Assembly: GCA_963804645.1 (NCBI GenBank)
Contig: CAWDRG010000010.1
Location: 96,001 to 160,000, forward strand
DNA length: 64,000 bases
DNA from: an uncultured Bacillota bacterium
GTDB lineage: Bacteria > Sysuimicrobiota > Sysuimicrobiia > Sysuimicrobiales > Segetimicrobiaceae
Direction: 5' to 3'
The notes under the pieces are model-generated. The model saw only the letters and a program-made list of their open reading frames with translations. It had not been told where the DNA came from and searched no databases. Below are positions 20,582 through 28,568 of the stretch, one piece after another. Numbering within the stretch: the stretch's first letter is position 1; each line of letters starts with the position of its first letter. The translations under genes were made by a program, and so were the position numbers.

Positions 20582-21642
20582 ATGACACCGGTGCGAATTG
20601 GGGTAATCGGCTGCGGCGGGATCGCGCGCAGCGCGCATCTGCCCGCGATCCGGCAGCTGCGGGGACAGGTCGCGCTCGTCGCGGCGGCCGATCTCAACGC
20701 GGCGGCCGCCCGCGCGGCGGCGGAACCGTGGGGCGCGGAGTCCTACACGGACGGCCGCGCGCTGCTCGCACGCGGCGACGTGGACATGGTCATCATCGCG
20801 ACGCCCGAGGCGTGGCACCGCGAGTGGACCGAGGCCGCCGCTTCGGCGGGCGTGCACGTCCTGTGCGAGAAGCCGATGGCAACATCGGTCGCCGACGCGG
20901 ACGCGATGATCGCGGCGTGCCGCCGCGCGGGCGTCCGGCTCATGGTCGGCCACAGCCGCCGGTTCACAATGCGGTACATGCAGGTGCGGCGCGCCGTCGA
21001 CCGGGGCGAGATCGGCGCGGTCCGCCTCGTCCGCGAGAACGAACGCCGCGCCCGCGCCCGCACGGGCGAGACCGCGGCTACTACACCGCGACGCACTGGT
21101 CCGGGGACCCCGCGGTGTCGGTGGGCGCGGCGATTCTCAACGGGGTGCACGAGGCGGATCTGCTGCGGTGGTTCGCCGGGGCCGAGCCGGCATCCGTGTA
21201 CTGCGAGCACAAGGTCACGGTCGCCGGCAACCGCGGGGTGCCCGACTTTCTGACGTTCACGGTCCGCTTCGCGAACGGGGCTGTGGGATCGAGCGAGCTC
21301 AGCAACTGCCTGCCGCCGGGCTACCCCGCGTTCCATCAGTTCGAGCTGTACGGCGACCGCGGCGCGCTGCGGGCCAAGGACCACGACCTGCTCAGCGTGA
21401 CCCGCTTCACGGAGCAGGGCGCAGAGTTTCCGGGCACCTTTGAGATCCTGCTGCACAACCTGCCGGCGTACGTGCGCGAGCTGGACGCGTTCGTCGACGC
21501 GCTCCGGCACGACCGCCCGGTGCCGATGCCTCCCGAGGAAGCCCGCGCGGCGCTGGCGATCGCGATGGCCGCGGTCGAATCGGCGACCGCGGGTCGGGTC
21601 GTGCGGTTCGGAGCCGGCGATGCCGCGGGGATCCGGGCATGA
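20582..21642 (+). CDS. Gfo/Idh/MocA-family oxidoreductase (frameshift at ~21075)
   Basis: IGVIGCGGIA, IIATPEAWH, HVLCEKPMA, GHSRRF, NGVHEADL. Confidence 0.85.
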
Positions 21643-22620
21643 CGGCCCCCCTGCTCGTCGGCGTCATCGGCGCCAACCGGCATGCCGCGGCGATCGCGGA
21701 CCAGGGCACGCCGCTCGGCGGAGCCCGCGTCTCCGTCACGGCCGCGAGCCCGGACGGCCGGGACCGCACGGCCGCGGCCGCGGTGGCGCGCCGGCTCGGG
21801 GCGGCGTTCGCGCCCCGGTGGCAGGCGGTGGCGCAGGATCCCGCGGTCTCCGTCGTGCTGATCGCGAGCGACGATCCGCAGCCGCGGCGCCGCGTGCGAA
21901 GCGGCGCTGCTGGCGGGCAAGGTCGTCCTGTGCCCCGCCCCCGCCGCCTCCAGCGCGTCCGCACTCGACCGCCTGACGGCCGCGCAGGCACGCGGCCGCG
22001 GCCTGCTGCTCGCGCCGGGCGAGATCCGCCACACCGGCGCCGGGGCCCGCGCGGTCCGGCTGGCCGCCGACGGCGAGCTCGGCGAGCTGCACTCGGTGTA
22101 CGCGGCCCTCCGCCTGCCCGCGTCGGATGCGACCGCCGGCCGCACCTCGATCCTGACGCACGAGGGCTGGGACGTGTTCGACGTCGTCTGCGCGGCGGTG
22201 CCGCGCCCGCTGCGCCGCGTCTATGCGACCACCCTGCACGCGTTCGGCCATGCGGCGGTGGATACCGCGGTCATCATCGCGCGGTTCGACGACACGATCG
22301 CCACGATGGAGCTGTCGCGCTGCCTGCCGGGCTCGCTCCCCACCACCGCGCAGGGCGAGGTGGAGGTCGAGATCATCGGATCGCGCGACGCGGTGCGGAT
22401 CGAGCCCTACCGCACCGCCGTCCGCCAGTACGGCGAGCGCGACGCGGCGCTGCTGCCCTGGAATGACGCCCCCGTGCTCTCGATGCTGGACCGCGCCCTC
22501 CTGATCGCCTCCGGCGGCGCGGAGCGATCCGACGACCTCGCGCAGGCCCGCCGCATCCTCGCGCTGGCGGACGCCGCCGAAGCGTCCGCCGCCCGAGGGG
22601 AGGCGGTCGAGGTGCCCTGA
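21639..22620 (+). CDS. Divergent Gfo/Idh/MocA-fold protein (frameshift at ~21880; lacks the EKP motif)
   Basis: VGVIGA, WQAVAQDPAVSVVLIA, AALLAGKVVLCPAP, GELGELHSV, SAARGEAVEV; ATGA overlap with the upstream gene. Confidence 0.7.
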
Positions 22621-22647
22621 CCGCCGGCCCGCGGGCCGGCGCACGTC

Positions 22648-24285
22648 CTACCGGTAGATCGAGTATTCGTACGATTTCGCGGTCATGAACTCCAGCAACG
22701 CCGGGATCCCCTCCTGCGTCTTCCGCACCGCGCGGCGGATCGCCGGGACGATCTCGCCCGGGGCGGTGACGCGTTCGCCGTGGCCGCCGAGCGCCTGCGC
22801 GAACAGCGCGTAGTTCCCTGAAATGTCCGTGCTGCGGTACTTGCGGGTCGACACCGGCATCTCCGGCAGTTCGATCGCCATCGCCTCGTTGTTCATGAGC
22901 ACCGACAGAATCGGAATGCGCTCCCGCACCGCGGTCTCAAAATCCATGCCCGTGAATCCGATCGCGGCGTCCCCCCACACGTTGATGCAGAGCTTCTCGG
23001 GCGCCACGAGCTTCGCGCCCATCATCAGGCCCAGCCCGTACCCCAACTGCGTCGTCTTGCCCCACCCGATGTACGAGAGCGGCGTCTCCGCCTGCCAGAA
23101 CGGGGAGAGCTGATCCCGAGGGCTCCCGGCGTCGTGCGTGATGACGGTGTTGGGCACGTCGACGGTATGCAGCAGATCCCAGATCACGCGGTACGGAGAC
23201 AGCGGGGTCTCGTCGGACGTCAGCTTGGGCAGCCACAGCGCCATCCAGGCGCGCCGCCCCGCCGCGATCTCCTCGGCGACGCGGGCGGCCTGCTCGCGCC
23301 GGGGCGCCTTGACGCGGTCCTTGACCGCCGCGAGCAGCGCCTCGAGCACCAGCCCGGCGTCGCCGAGCACCACGTAGTCCGCCGGTACGTCCTTGTTCAC
23401 GTCCGCGGGATCGAGCGTCGCGTGAATGACCGTCTTTCCGGACGGCATCGGCACCGCGTAGTTCGTCGTCGAAAAGCTCGCCCCGATCCCGAGGATCACG
23501 TCGGACTGCGCGAGAAAATCGTGCACCGGCTTGGGGATCGAGCGCCCCCCGGATCCCAGCGAGAGCGGATGGCTCTCCGGAAACGCGCTCTTGCCCTGCA
23601 GGCTGGTCGTCACCGGCGCGCCCAGCCACTCGGCCAGCGCGCGCAGCGTCTCCCACGCCCGCGCGTAGTGCACGCCCTGCCCCGCGTAGATGACCGGCCG
23701 GGACGCCGCCGCCAGCGCCGCCGCCGCCTGCTCGATCGCCTCGGGATCCGGGCCGGAGCGCGCGCCCGCGACCGGGCGGTACTCGACCGGCTCGGGCAGC
23801 TCTTCCTGAAGGACATCCGATGGAAACTCGACCATCACCGGCCGGGGGCGCCCCATCCGCACCTGGGTGAACGCCCGGCGCATCGCGGCGGGCGCCATGT
23901 TGGCCACGATGACCTGCTCCACCCACTTCGTCACGTGGCGGTAGTTCAAGGCCGCGTTGAAGTTCGGCGGCAGGTTGATCAGGCGGCGCGGGTAGCCGGC
24001 CGGGATGACGACGATCGGAGACGAATCGCCGTACGCCTGCGCGACGCCCCCGAACGAGTTCTCCGTACCCGGCCCCTGCTGCATCGCGAACACCCCGATC
24101 CGGCGGCCCGACGTCATCCGGCTCACCGCGTCCGCCATGTGCAGGCCGGTGCGCTCCTGGCGCACGATGATCGTACGGATGTCGACGACCGCGGCCGCCT
24201 CGAGGATCGGGTTCACGGGATAGCCGATCAGAAACTCCACGCCTTCGCGCTTGAGGATCTCCGCCACCACCGCCGCCACCTTCAT
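22648..24285 (-). CDS. Thiamine-diphosphate-dependent enzyme (acetolactate-synthase-like superfamily)
   Basis: RQERTGLHMADA, QGPG, PVIYAGQG, WGDAAIG...MNN ThDP motif. Confidence 0.9.
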   Translation of the reverse strand: MKVAAVVAEILKREGVEFLIGYPVNPILEAAAVVDIRTIIVRQERTGLHMADAVSRMTSGRRIGVFAMQQGPGTENSFGGVAQAYGDSSPIVVIPAGYPRRLINLPPNFNAALNYRHVTKWVEQVIVANMAPAAMRRAFTQVRMGRPRPVMVEFPSDVLQEELPEPVEYRPVAGARSGPDPEAIEQAAAALAAASRPVIYAGQGVHYARAWETLRALAEWLGAPVTTSLQGKSAFPESHPLSLGSGGRSIPKPVHDFLAQSDVILGIGASFSTTNYAVPMPSGKTVIHATLDPADVNKDVPADYVVLGDAGLVLEALLAAVKDRVKAPRREQAARVAEEIAAGRRAWMALWLPKLTSDETPLSPYRVIWDLLHTVDVPNTVITHDAGSPRDQLSPFWQAETPLSYIGWGKTTQLGYGLGLMMGAKLVAPEKLCINVWGDAAIGFTGMDFETAVRERIPILSVLMNNEAMAIELPEMPVSTRKYRSTDISGNYALFAQALGGHGERVTAPGEIVPAIRRAVRKTQEGIPALLEFMTAKSYEYSIYR

Positions 24286-24330
24286 CGCTCGCGTCCCTCC
24301 CCGTTGTCGATCGTCATCGTCCCGCCTGCC

Positions 24331-25221
24331 TCACGGGCCCGTGTACGCCGGGCGCTCGTCGCGCTTCAGCGCGTCCCAGCACGTCCGGCAGAGACGTCCG
24401 ATGTGGTGGCTCGCCGCCGCCTTCCCCGGCCCCCCGTCGGGCATCGTCAGCGGCACCCGCCCCGTATAGACCGTCAGAATGAACAGCGGCCGCCCGCCCT
24501 CGAACACGATCCCCGCGTCGTTGAAGTTGCGGGCGGCGGTCCCGGTCTTGTGCGCCACCGTGGCGCCGGGCGGGAGCAGGAGCGGCAGGCGCTGCTGCAA
24601 CCGCTGCCAGCCGAGAATGTCGAGCGCGAGCCGGCACAGCTCGGGACTGCACCCGAGACGCGCGGCGGCGCCGGCATCGTGCGTGCCCTCGAGAATCAGC
24701 TCCAGCAGGCGGCCGACGTCCGCCGGCGTGGTGACGTTCAGGCGCGACAGATCCGGCGGCGCGTCGGCCCGGCGCTCGGCCGCGGCGTCCACGTTCGCCG
24801 GGACCGCCTGGCGGTGCACGGTGCCCACCATGCCCACCGAGCGGCTGAACTCGTTGACCGCGTCGAGCCCGAGCATCTCGACGACGGTCCCGGTGCACGT
24901 GTTGTCGCTGACGATGATCATCATGACGAGCACGTCGCGCAGCGGCAGGGTGAAGCCCGGAAGGAAGTGCTGGAAGCACCCGCTGGTGCTGATCTGATGC
25001 TTGGCCTGCAGCACCACCGGTTGAGTGAGCGACAGCCGGCCCGCGTGGACGGCGCGGAGCGCGGCCATCAAAATCGCGACCTTCCGAGTGCTCGCGGAGG
25101 ACACGACGACGTCGCCGGCGCGGTGCGCGGTCGCACCGGTCGACAAGTCCTTGACGTACCATCCGGTCTCAAAGGGCTGCGCGTCGCACAGCGCGTTCAG
25201 CCGGTCCGTGAGTGCCTGCAT
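24331..25221 (-). CDS. Serine hydrolase with class A beta-lactamase-like fold, no signal peptide
   Basis: SASTRK (SxxK), MIIVSDN, AHKTG, NDAGIV. Confidence 0.85.
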   Translation of the reverse strand: MQALTDRLNALCDAQPFETGWYVKDLSTGATAHRAGDVVVSSASTRKVAILMAALRAVHAGRLSLTQPVVLQAKHQISTSGCFQHFLPGFTLPLRDVLVMMIIVSDNTCTGTVVEMLGLDAVNEFSRSVGMVGTVHRQAVPANVDAAAERRADAPPDLSRLNVTTPADVGRLLELILEGTHDAGAAARLGCSPELCRLALDILGWQRLQQRLPLLLPPGATVAHKTGTAARNFNDAGIVFEGGRPLFILTVYTGRVPLTMPDGGPGKAAASHHIGRLCRTCWDALKRDERPAYTGP

Positions 25222-25417
25222 CGCCCCTCCCCCCGGCCGCGCTCGACCTCCCCGCGGCCCGCGGGCTCCGCGCCCCGAACGACGCGTCTTGTGGGCTTCG
25301 CCGCGCCCTCGCGCATGTCCCGTAGGCGGGCGCGGGGCGCACCCGGCGCGGTGTTATAGAATCATTACAGGGGTCGGGTACGATGAGTGCAAACGTCTGA
25401 CCCAGAGGGTACCAACC

Positions 25418-25936
25418 ATGCGGCGTTCCGTGTTCGTCCTCCTGACAGCCGGTGTGCTGGCGTTCGCGGTCTCCGGCGCGGCGTCGGGAGCGACCGCGGC
25501 TCCCGGGTTCACCGGCGGCGGGCCGTGGTACAACACCGGGGGGAAGTCCCTGACGCTCGCGGATCTCCGCGGCAAAGTCGTCGCGGTGGACATGTGGACC
25601 GCGGGATGCATCAACTGCTTGGACATCCTGCCGTACGTCAAGCAGTGGTACGCGAAATACCGCGACCACGGGTTCGTGGTCGTCGGCGTGCACACGCCCG
25701 AGCTTCAGTCCGAGCACTCCCTCGCGTACGTGCAGGACGCGGTGACGCGGCTCGGCGTCGCGTTTCCCGTCGTGGTCGACAACGACTACCGGATCTGGCA
25801 CGCGTACAGCAACGAATACTGGCCGACGGTGTACCTGATCGACAAGCAGGGGCACCTTCGCTACTCGCATATCGGCGAGGGCGACTACGGTACGACCGAG
25901 CAGATGATCCAGCGGCTGCTGGCCGAGCCGAGCTAG
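25418..25936 (+). CDS. Exported thioredoxin-fold redoxin (DipZ/TlpA-like)
   Basis: Signal peptide; LRGKVVAVDMWTAGCINC, VGVHTPE, YWPTVYLIDKQG, HIGEGDY. Confidence 0.88.
   Translation: MRRSVFVLLTAGVLAFAVSGAASGATAAPGFTGGGPWYNTGGKSLTLADLRGKVVAVDMWTAGCINCLDILPYVKQWYAKYRDHGFVVVGVHTPELQSEHSLAYVQDAVTRLGVAFPVVVDNDYRIWHAYSNEYWPTVYLIDKQGHLRYSHIGEGDYGTTEQMIQRLLAEPS
25715..25936 (+). repeat. Copy 1 of a ~222-nt direct repeat (3' end of the redoxin gene)
   Basis: Aligns without gaps to 27091-27186 plus 27747-27872. Confidence 0.92.
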
Positions 25937-25985
25937 GCGGGCGGCGGCCCCGATCTCACGAAGCCCGCGGCGCTACCGCGCCGCG

Positions 25986-26972
25986 TCAGTCGGCGGTGAG
26001 CGTCAGCCGGGTGCCCACGCTGTTTTGGACAAACGCGTCGGGCCGCAGCCGGTAGACCGCGCTCGCCGCCCGGTACCCGGTGCAGTGCGCCGGCGCGATG
26101 ACCGCCGGCTCCAGCGCGAGCAACTCCCGCACGACCCAATCGATGCGGTCGTGGAAGAACGACGGGCCCAGGTGGAAGCCTCCCATCACGGCGTGCACCC
26201 GCTGGATGCCGGTGACGGCCTGGGCGTGGTGGACCGTGTTGACGATCCCCGCGTGCGCGCAGCCCGAGAGCACGACCAGCCCCTTGTGTTTCAGGTGCAC
26301 GACCACCCCCTGATCGTCCCAGATCAGCGGATCGGGCTCCAGTCGGCCGTGGCGCTCCGCATGGTGCGCCGGCCACCCGATCTCGACCTCGTTCGTGCGC
26401 TCGACCTGTCCGGTCACAAGGACCATCCCCTCCAGCACCAGCGAGGGCCGTTCGGACTCGATCAGGTCCAGCCCGGCGTCGCGCAGGCCCTGCCGGGACA
26501 GCGGCACCAATCGATTGACGCGTCCGTTCGGCGCCACGGTGGCGCGCTTCAGGTAGGCGTCGGGGTGGAGGGTCAGCGGGAAGTTGAGGCGGCCGAGGCG
26601 CTCGTGCAGGCCGATCAAGCCAAACGTATGGTCCCAATGACCGTGGGAGAGGACGATGCAGCTCCACTCGCGGGGATCGATCTCCAAGCAGTCGAGGTTG
26701 TGGACGAGCCCGCCGGGACTGCCCCCCGCGTCGTAGAGGAGCGAGCGCGTGATGCCGTCGCGCGTGACCCTGACAAGCAGCGAGAGCCCGTGACCGCCGA
26801 CGAAACCGATCCGGCCCTCCTCGCCCAGCAGCCGCGAGACGATCTTCGAGCCGCCCGCACCGTCGAGCCGCTGCACGACGCCGCCGCCGGGCATGGTTTG
26901 ATCCACAAGATTCTCGTAGAGCGTGGTGATCTCCACACGATCGACCGGCTCCAACGCGATCCGCTCGCGCAC
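25986..26972 (-). CDS. MBL-fold metallo-hydrolase
   Basis: GHGLSLL, LYDAG, VLSHGHWDH, DDQG, SGCAHAG, GGFHL, PAHCTG. Confidence 0.88.
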   Translation of the reverse strand: MRERIALEPVDRVEITTLYENLVDQTMPGGGVVQRLDGAGGSKIVSRLLGEEGRIGFVGGHGLSLLVRVTRDGITRSLLYDAGGSPGGLVHNLDCLEIDPREWSCIVLSHGHWDHTFGLIGLHERLGRLNFPLTLHPDAYLKRATVAPNGRVNRLVPLSRQGLRDAGLDLIESERPSLVLEGMVLVTGQVERTNEVEIGWPAHHAERHGRLEPDPLIWDDQGVVVHLKHKGLVVLSGCAHAGIVNTVHHAQAVTGIQRVHAVMGGFHLGPSFFHDRIDWVVRELLALEPAVIAPAHCTGYRAASAVYRLRPDAFVQNSVGTRLTLTAD

Positions 26973-27186
26973 CGCGATCTCCCCCCTCGCTGCCGCATCT
27001 CTCGCACGCGCCGCACCCACGACGCTAGGCCGTGCTCGCTAGGAGAGAATTAGCCGCAAGACGCCGCGCCCCCCGTCGTCATGGGGCCCGCATTCCCTTG
27101 CGTACGCGCGGAACACGGTGGCGCGGCTCCGCGTCGCGTTTCCCGTCGTGGTCGACAACGACTACCGGATCTGACACGTGTACAAC

Positions 27187-27746
27187 ACTGAAGGCAGACT
27201 TCCTCGATCGAGGTGTAGACAGGCAAAATTATATTGACCTATTTCTTAGGCGACAGGAAATCGCTTAATTTTTCCAATTGCTGAGTAAAACCGGCTTGTA
27301 CACCTTGGACAGCCATTCCGGCTTTGGATCCGGTTTTGTAAATGGCTGCTCTAATTTTTATTTCGGTTTTTCCGCCCGCTGCAGTCAAAGTAAGTTCTGT
27401 GGTTTGGTCAATTGTGGTTTCTTCTTTTTGACCTTCTGTCCAAGCCTTCGCGGTATATGAAAGCGTTAAATTTGGTTCAACAGTAGTAAATTCTCCCAGC
27501 ATTGGCCACTTTGTGCCTTTGTATGGGCCCATGGCTTCTCCCGCTTCCATCACAATGTAAATCCTACCGCCAACCCGCAGGTCAACTTCACATTCAGGAA
27601 TTGTGACATTATTTGGTCCCCACCATTGCTTTATCATTTCCGGATCAGTCCAAGCTTGCCAGACCGTTTCGGGTGAGGTGTCATATGTTCTTGCAAACAC
27701 TACTTCCTTAATCGGTTCCATTACGTTTTCCTTCCGTGTTCTTATT
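27187..27746. other. 560-bp AT-rich foreign insert carrying a single gene
   Basis: Hand counts of three 60-nt lines give 38-45% GC against ~70% flanks; boundaries set by the collinear pseudogene halves. Confidence 0.9.
27239..27721 (-). CDS. SRPBCC/AHSA1 (START-like) domain protein
   Basis: VFARTYDTSPETVWQAWTDPEMIKQWWGP, VDLRVGG, GFTQQLEKL; RBS GGAAGGA upstream of the ATG at 27721. Confidence 0.88.
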   Translation of the reverse strand: MEPIKEVVFARTYDTSPETVWQAWTDPEMIKQWWGPNNVTIPECEVDLRVGGRIYIVMEAGEAMGPYKGTKWPMLGEFTTVEPNLTLSYTAKAWTEGQKEETTIDQTTELTLTAAGGKTEIKIRAAIYKTGSKAGMAVQGVQAGFTQQLEKLSDFLSPKK

Positions 27747-27935
27747 AATGAATACGAGCCGACGGTGTACCGCATCGATGAGCAGTGACGGCTTCGCGAC
27801 TCGCATATCGGCGAGGGCGACTACGGCACGACCGAGCAGATGATCCAGCGGCTGCTGGCCGAACCGAGCTGACCCGGCGCAACCCCACCCCGCCAGCCGC
27901 GGCGGCGCGGCGAACGAGACCCCGGGGTGGCGGCC

Positions 27936-28346
27936 CTAGTGGCCGGCTTGCGCGCTGGCCTGGGCGATCAATTGGGCGACCTTTGAGTTCGGACCGACCG
28001 GCTCCACGAACAGCACCTGCACCGGGTTCACGTACATGCGGTCCGGCTCGTGGAGTTCCTTGCCCCGCTTCACCAAAATGTTCTTGACCTGCTTGGTCGT
28101 CGGATCCTGCTGGCTGACGATGTAGTAGACCTCGGTCAGCACCGGGTCCCGTCCGCCGTAGCCCGCGAGGCGCCCGAAATAGACCGCCCCGTTGATGAGG
28201 ACGACCGCCTGGTACTTGGTGGGAAACTGCACGGCCGACCCGCGCACCTGGGCCACCATGTACCACAGCGCCGCGACAATGACGAGGATCCCCGCCACGA
28301 GCCACACGCTCCGGATGACATCAATGCGCCCCTGACTGTCCGTCAT
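27936..28346 (-). CDS. Conserved hypothetical protein with a single N-terminal membrane anchor
   Basis: Transmembrane helix followed by YQAVVLINGAVYFGRL, LTEVYY, LVKRGKELHEPDRMYVN, VLFVEPV; RBS GAAGG. Confidence 0.8.
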   Translation of the reverse strand: MTDSQGRIDVIRSVWLVAGILVIVAALWYMVAQVRGSAVQFPTKYQAVVLINGAVYFGRLAGYGGRDPVLTEVYYIVSQQDPTTKQVKNILVKRGKELHEPDRMYVNPVQVLFVEPVGPNSKVAQLIAQASAQAGH

Positions 28347-28482
28347 AGTCACCTTCTCTGCTCCACGGTTGGATTTTTCCCGGTGGTCGGGTTGGCGCAT
28401 GCCGCTACCGCACGCTACGGCCATACCGCCGCATGCATGCGGAGAAAAAGAACCCGGGCTGTGTGTTCCCGCGCGCCGTGAC

Positions 28483-28518
28483 TCCGCGACGGGCGTGCCG
28501 TGGCGCGCCCGTCGCGGA
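28483..28518. terminator. Strong hairpin (13-bp perfect stem, 10-nt loop) downstream of the PEP-CTERM gene
   Basis: TCCGCGACGGGCG-N10-CGCCCGTCGCGGA about 50 nt after the stop; no U-tract directly adjacent. Confidence 0.4.
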
Positions 28519-28568
28519 CGATCATACCATTACCCGGCTGCCGCCGTCACTCCTTTGTACGCCTACCG

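Larger units (their letters stand above)
27091..27872 (+). pseudogene. Decayed duplicate of the redoxin 3' end, interrupted by a 560-bp insertion
   Basis: 27091-27186 matches 25715-25810 (11/96 mismatches, TGG to TGA); 27747-27872 matches 25811-25936 (16/126 mismatches, GGG to TGA). Confidence 0.9.

Noticed and set aside
27187..27240. Canonical integron attC site
   Set aside because: No RYYYAAC/GTTRRRY pair (junction reads GTTGTAC) and no integrase; only a 12-bp palindrome
27172..27788. Selenocysteine or recoded TGA in the redoxin copy
   Set aside because: The TGAs replace Trp and Gly codons, not Cys, in a fragment with no start; other genes use TGA as stop
25715..27872. Diversity-generating retroelement TR/VR pair
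   Set aside because: Mismatches are not adenine-specific (many C/T and G changes) and there is no reverse transcriptase in the window
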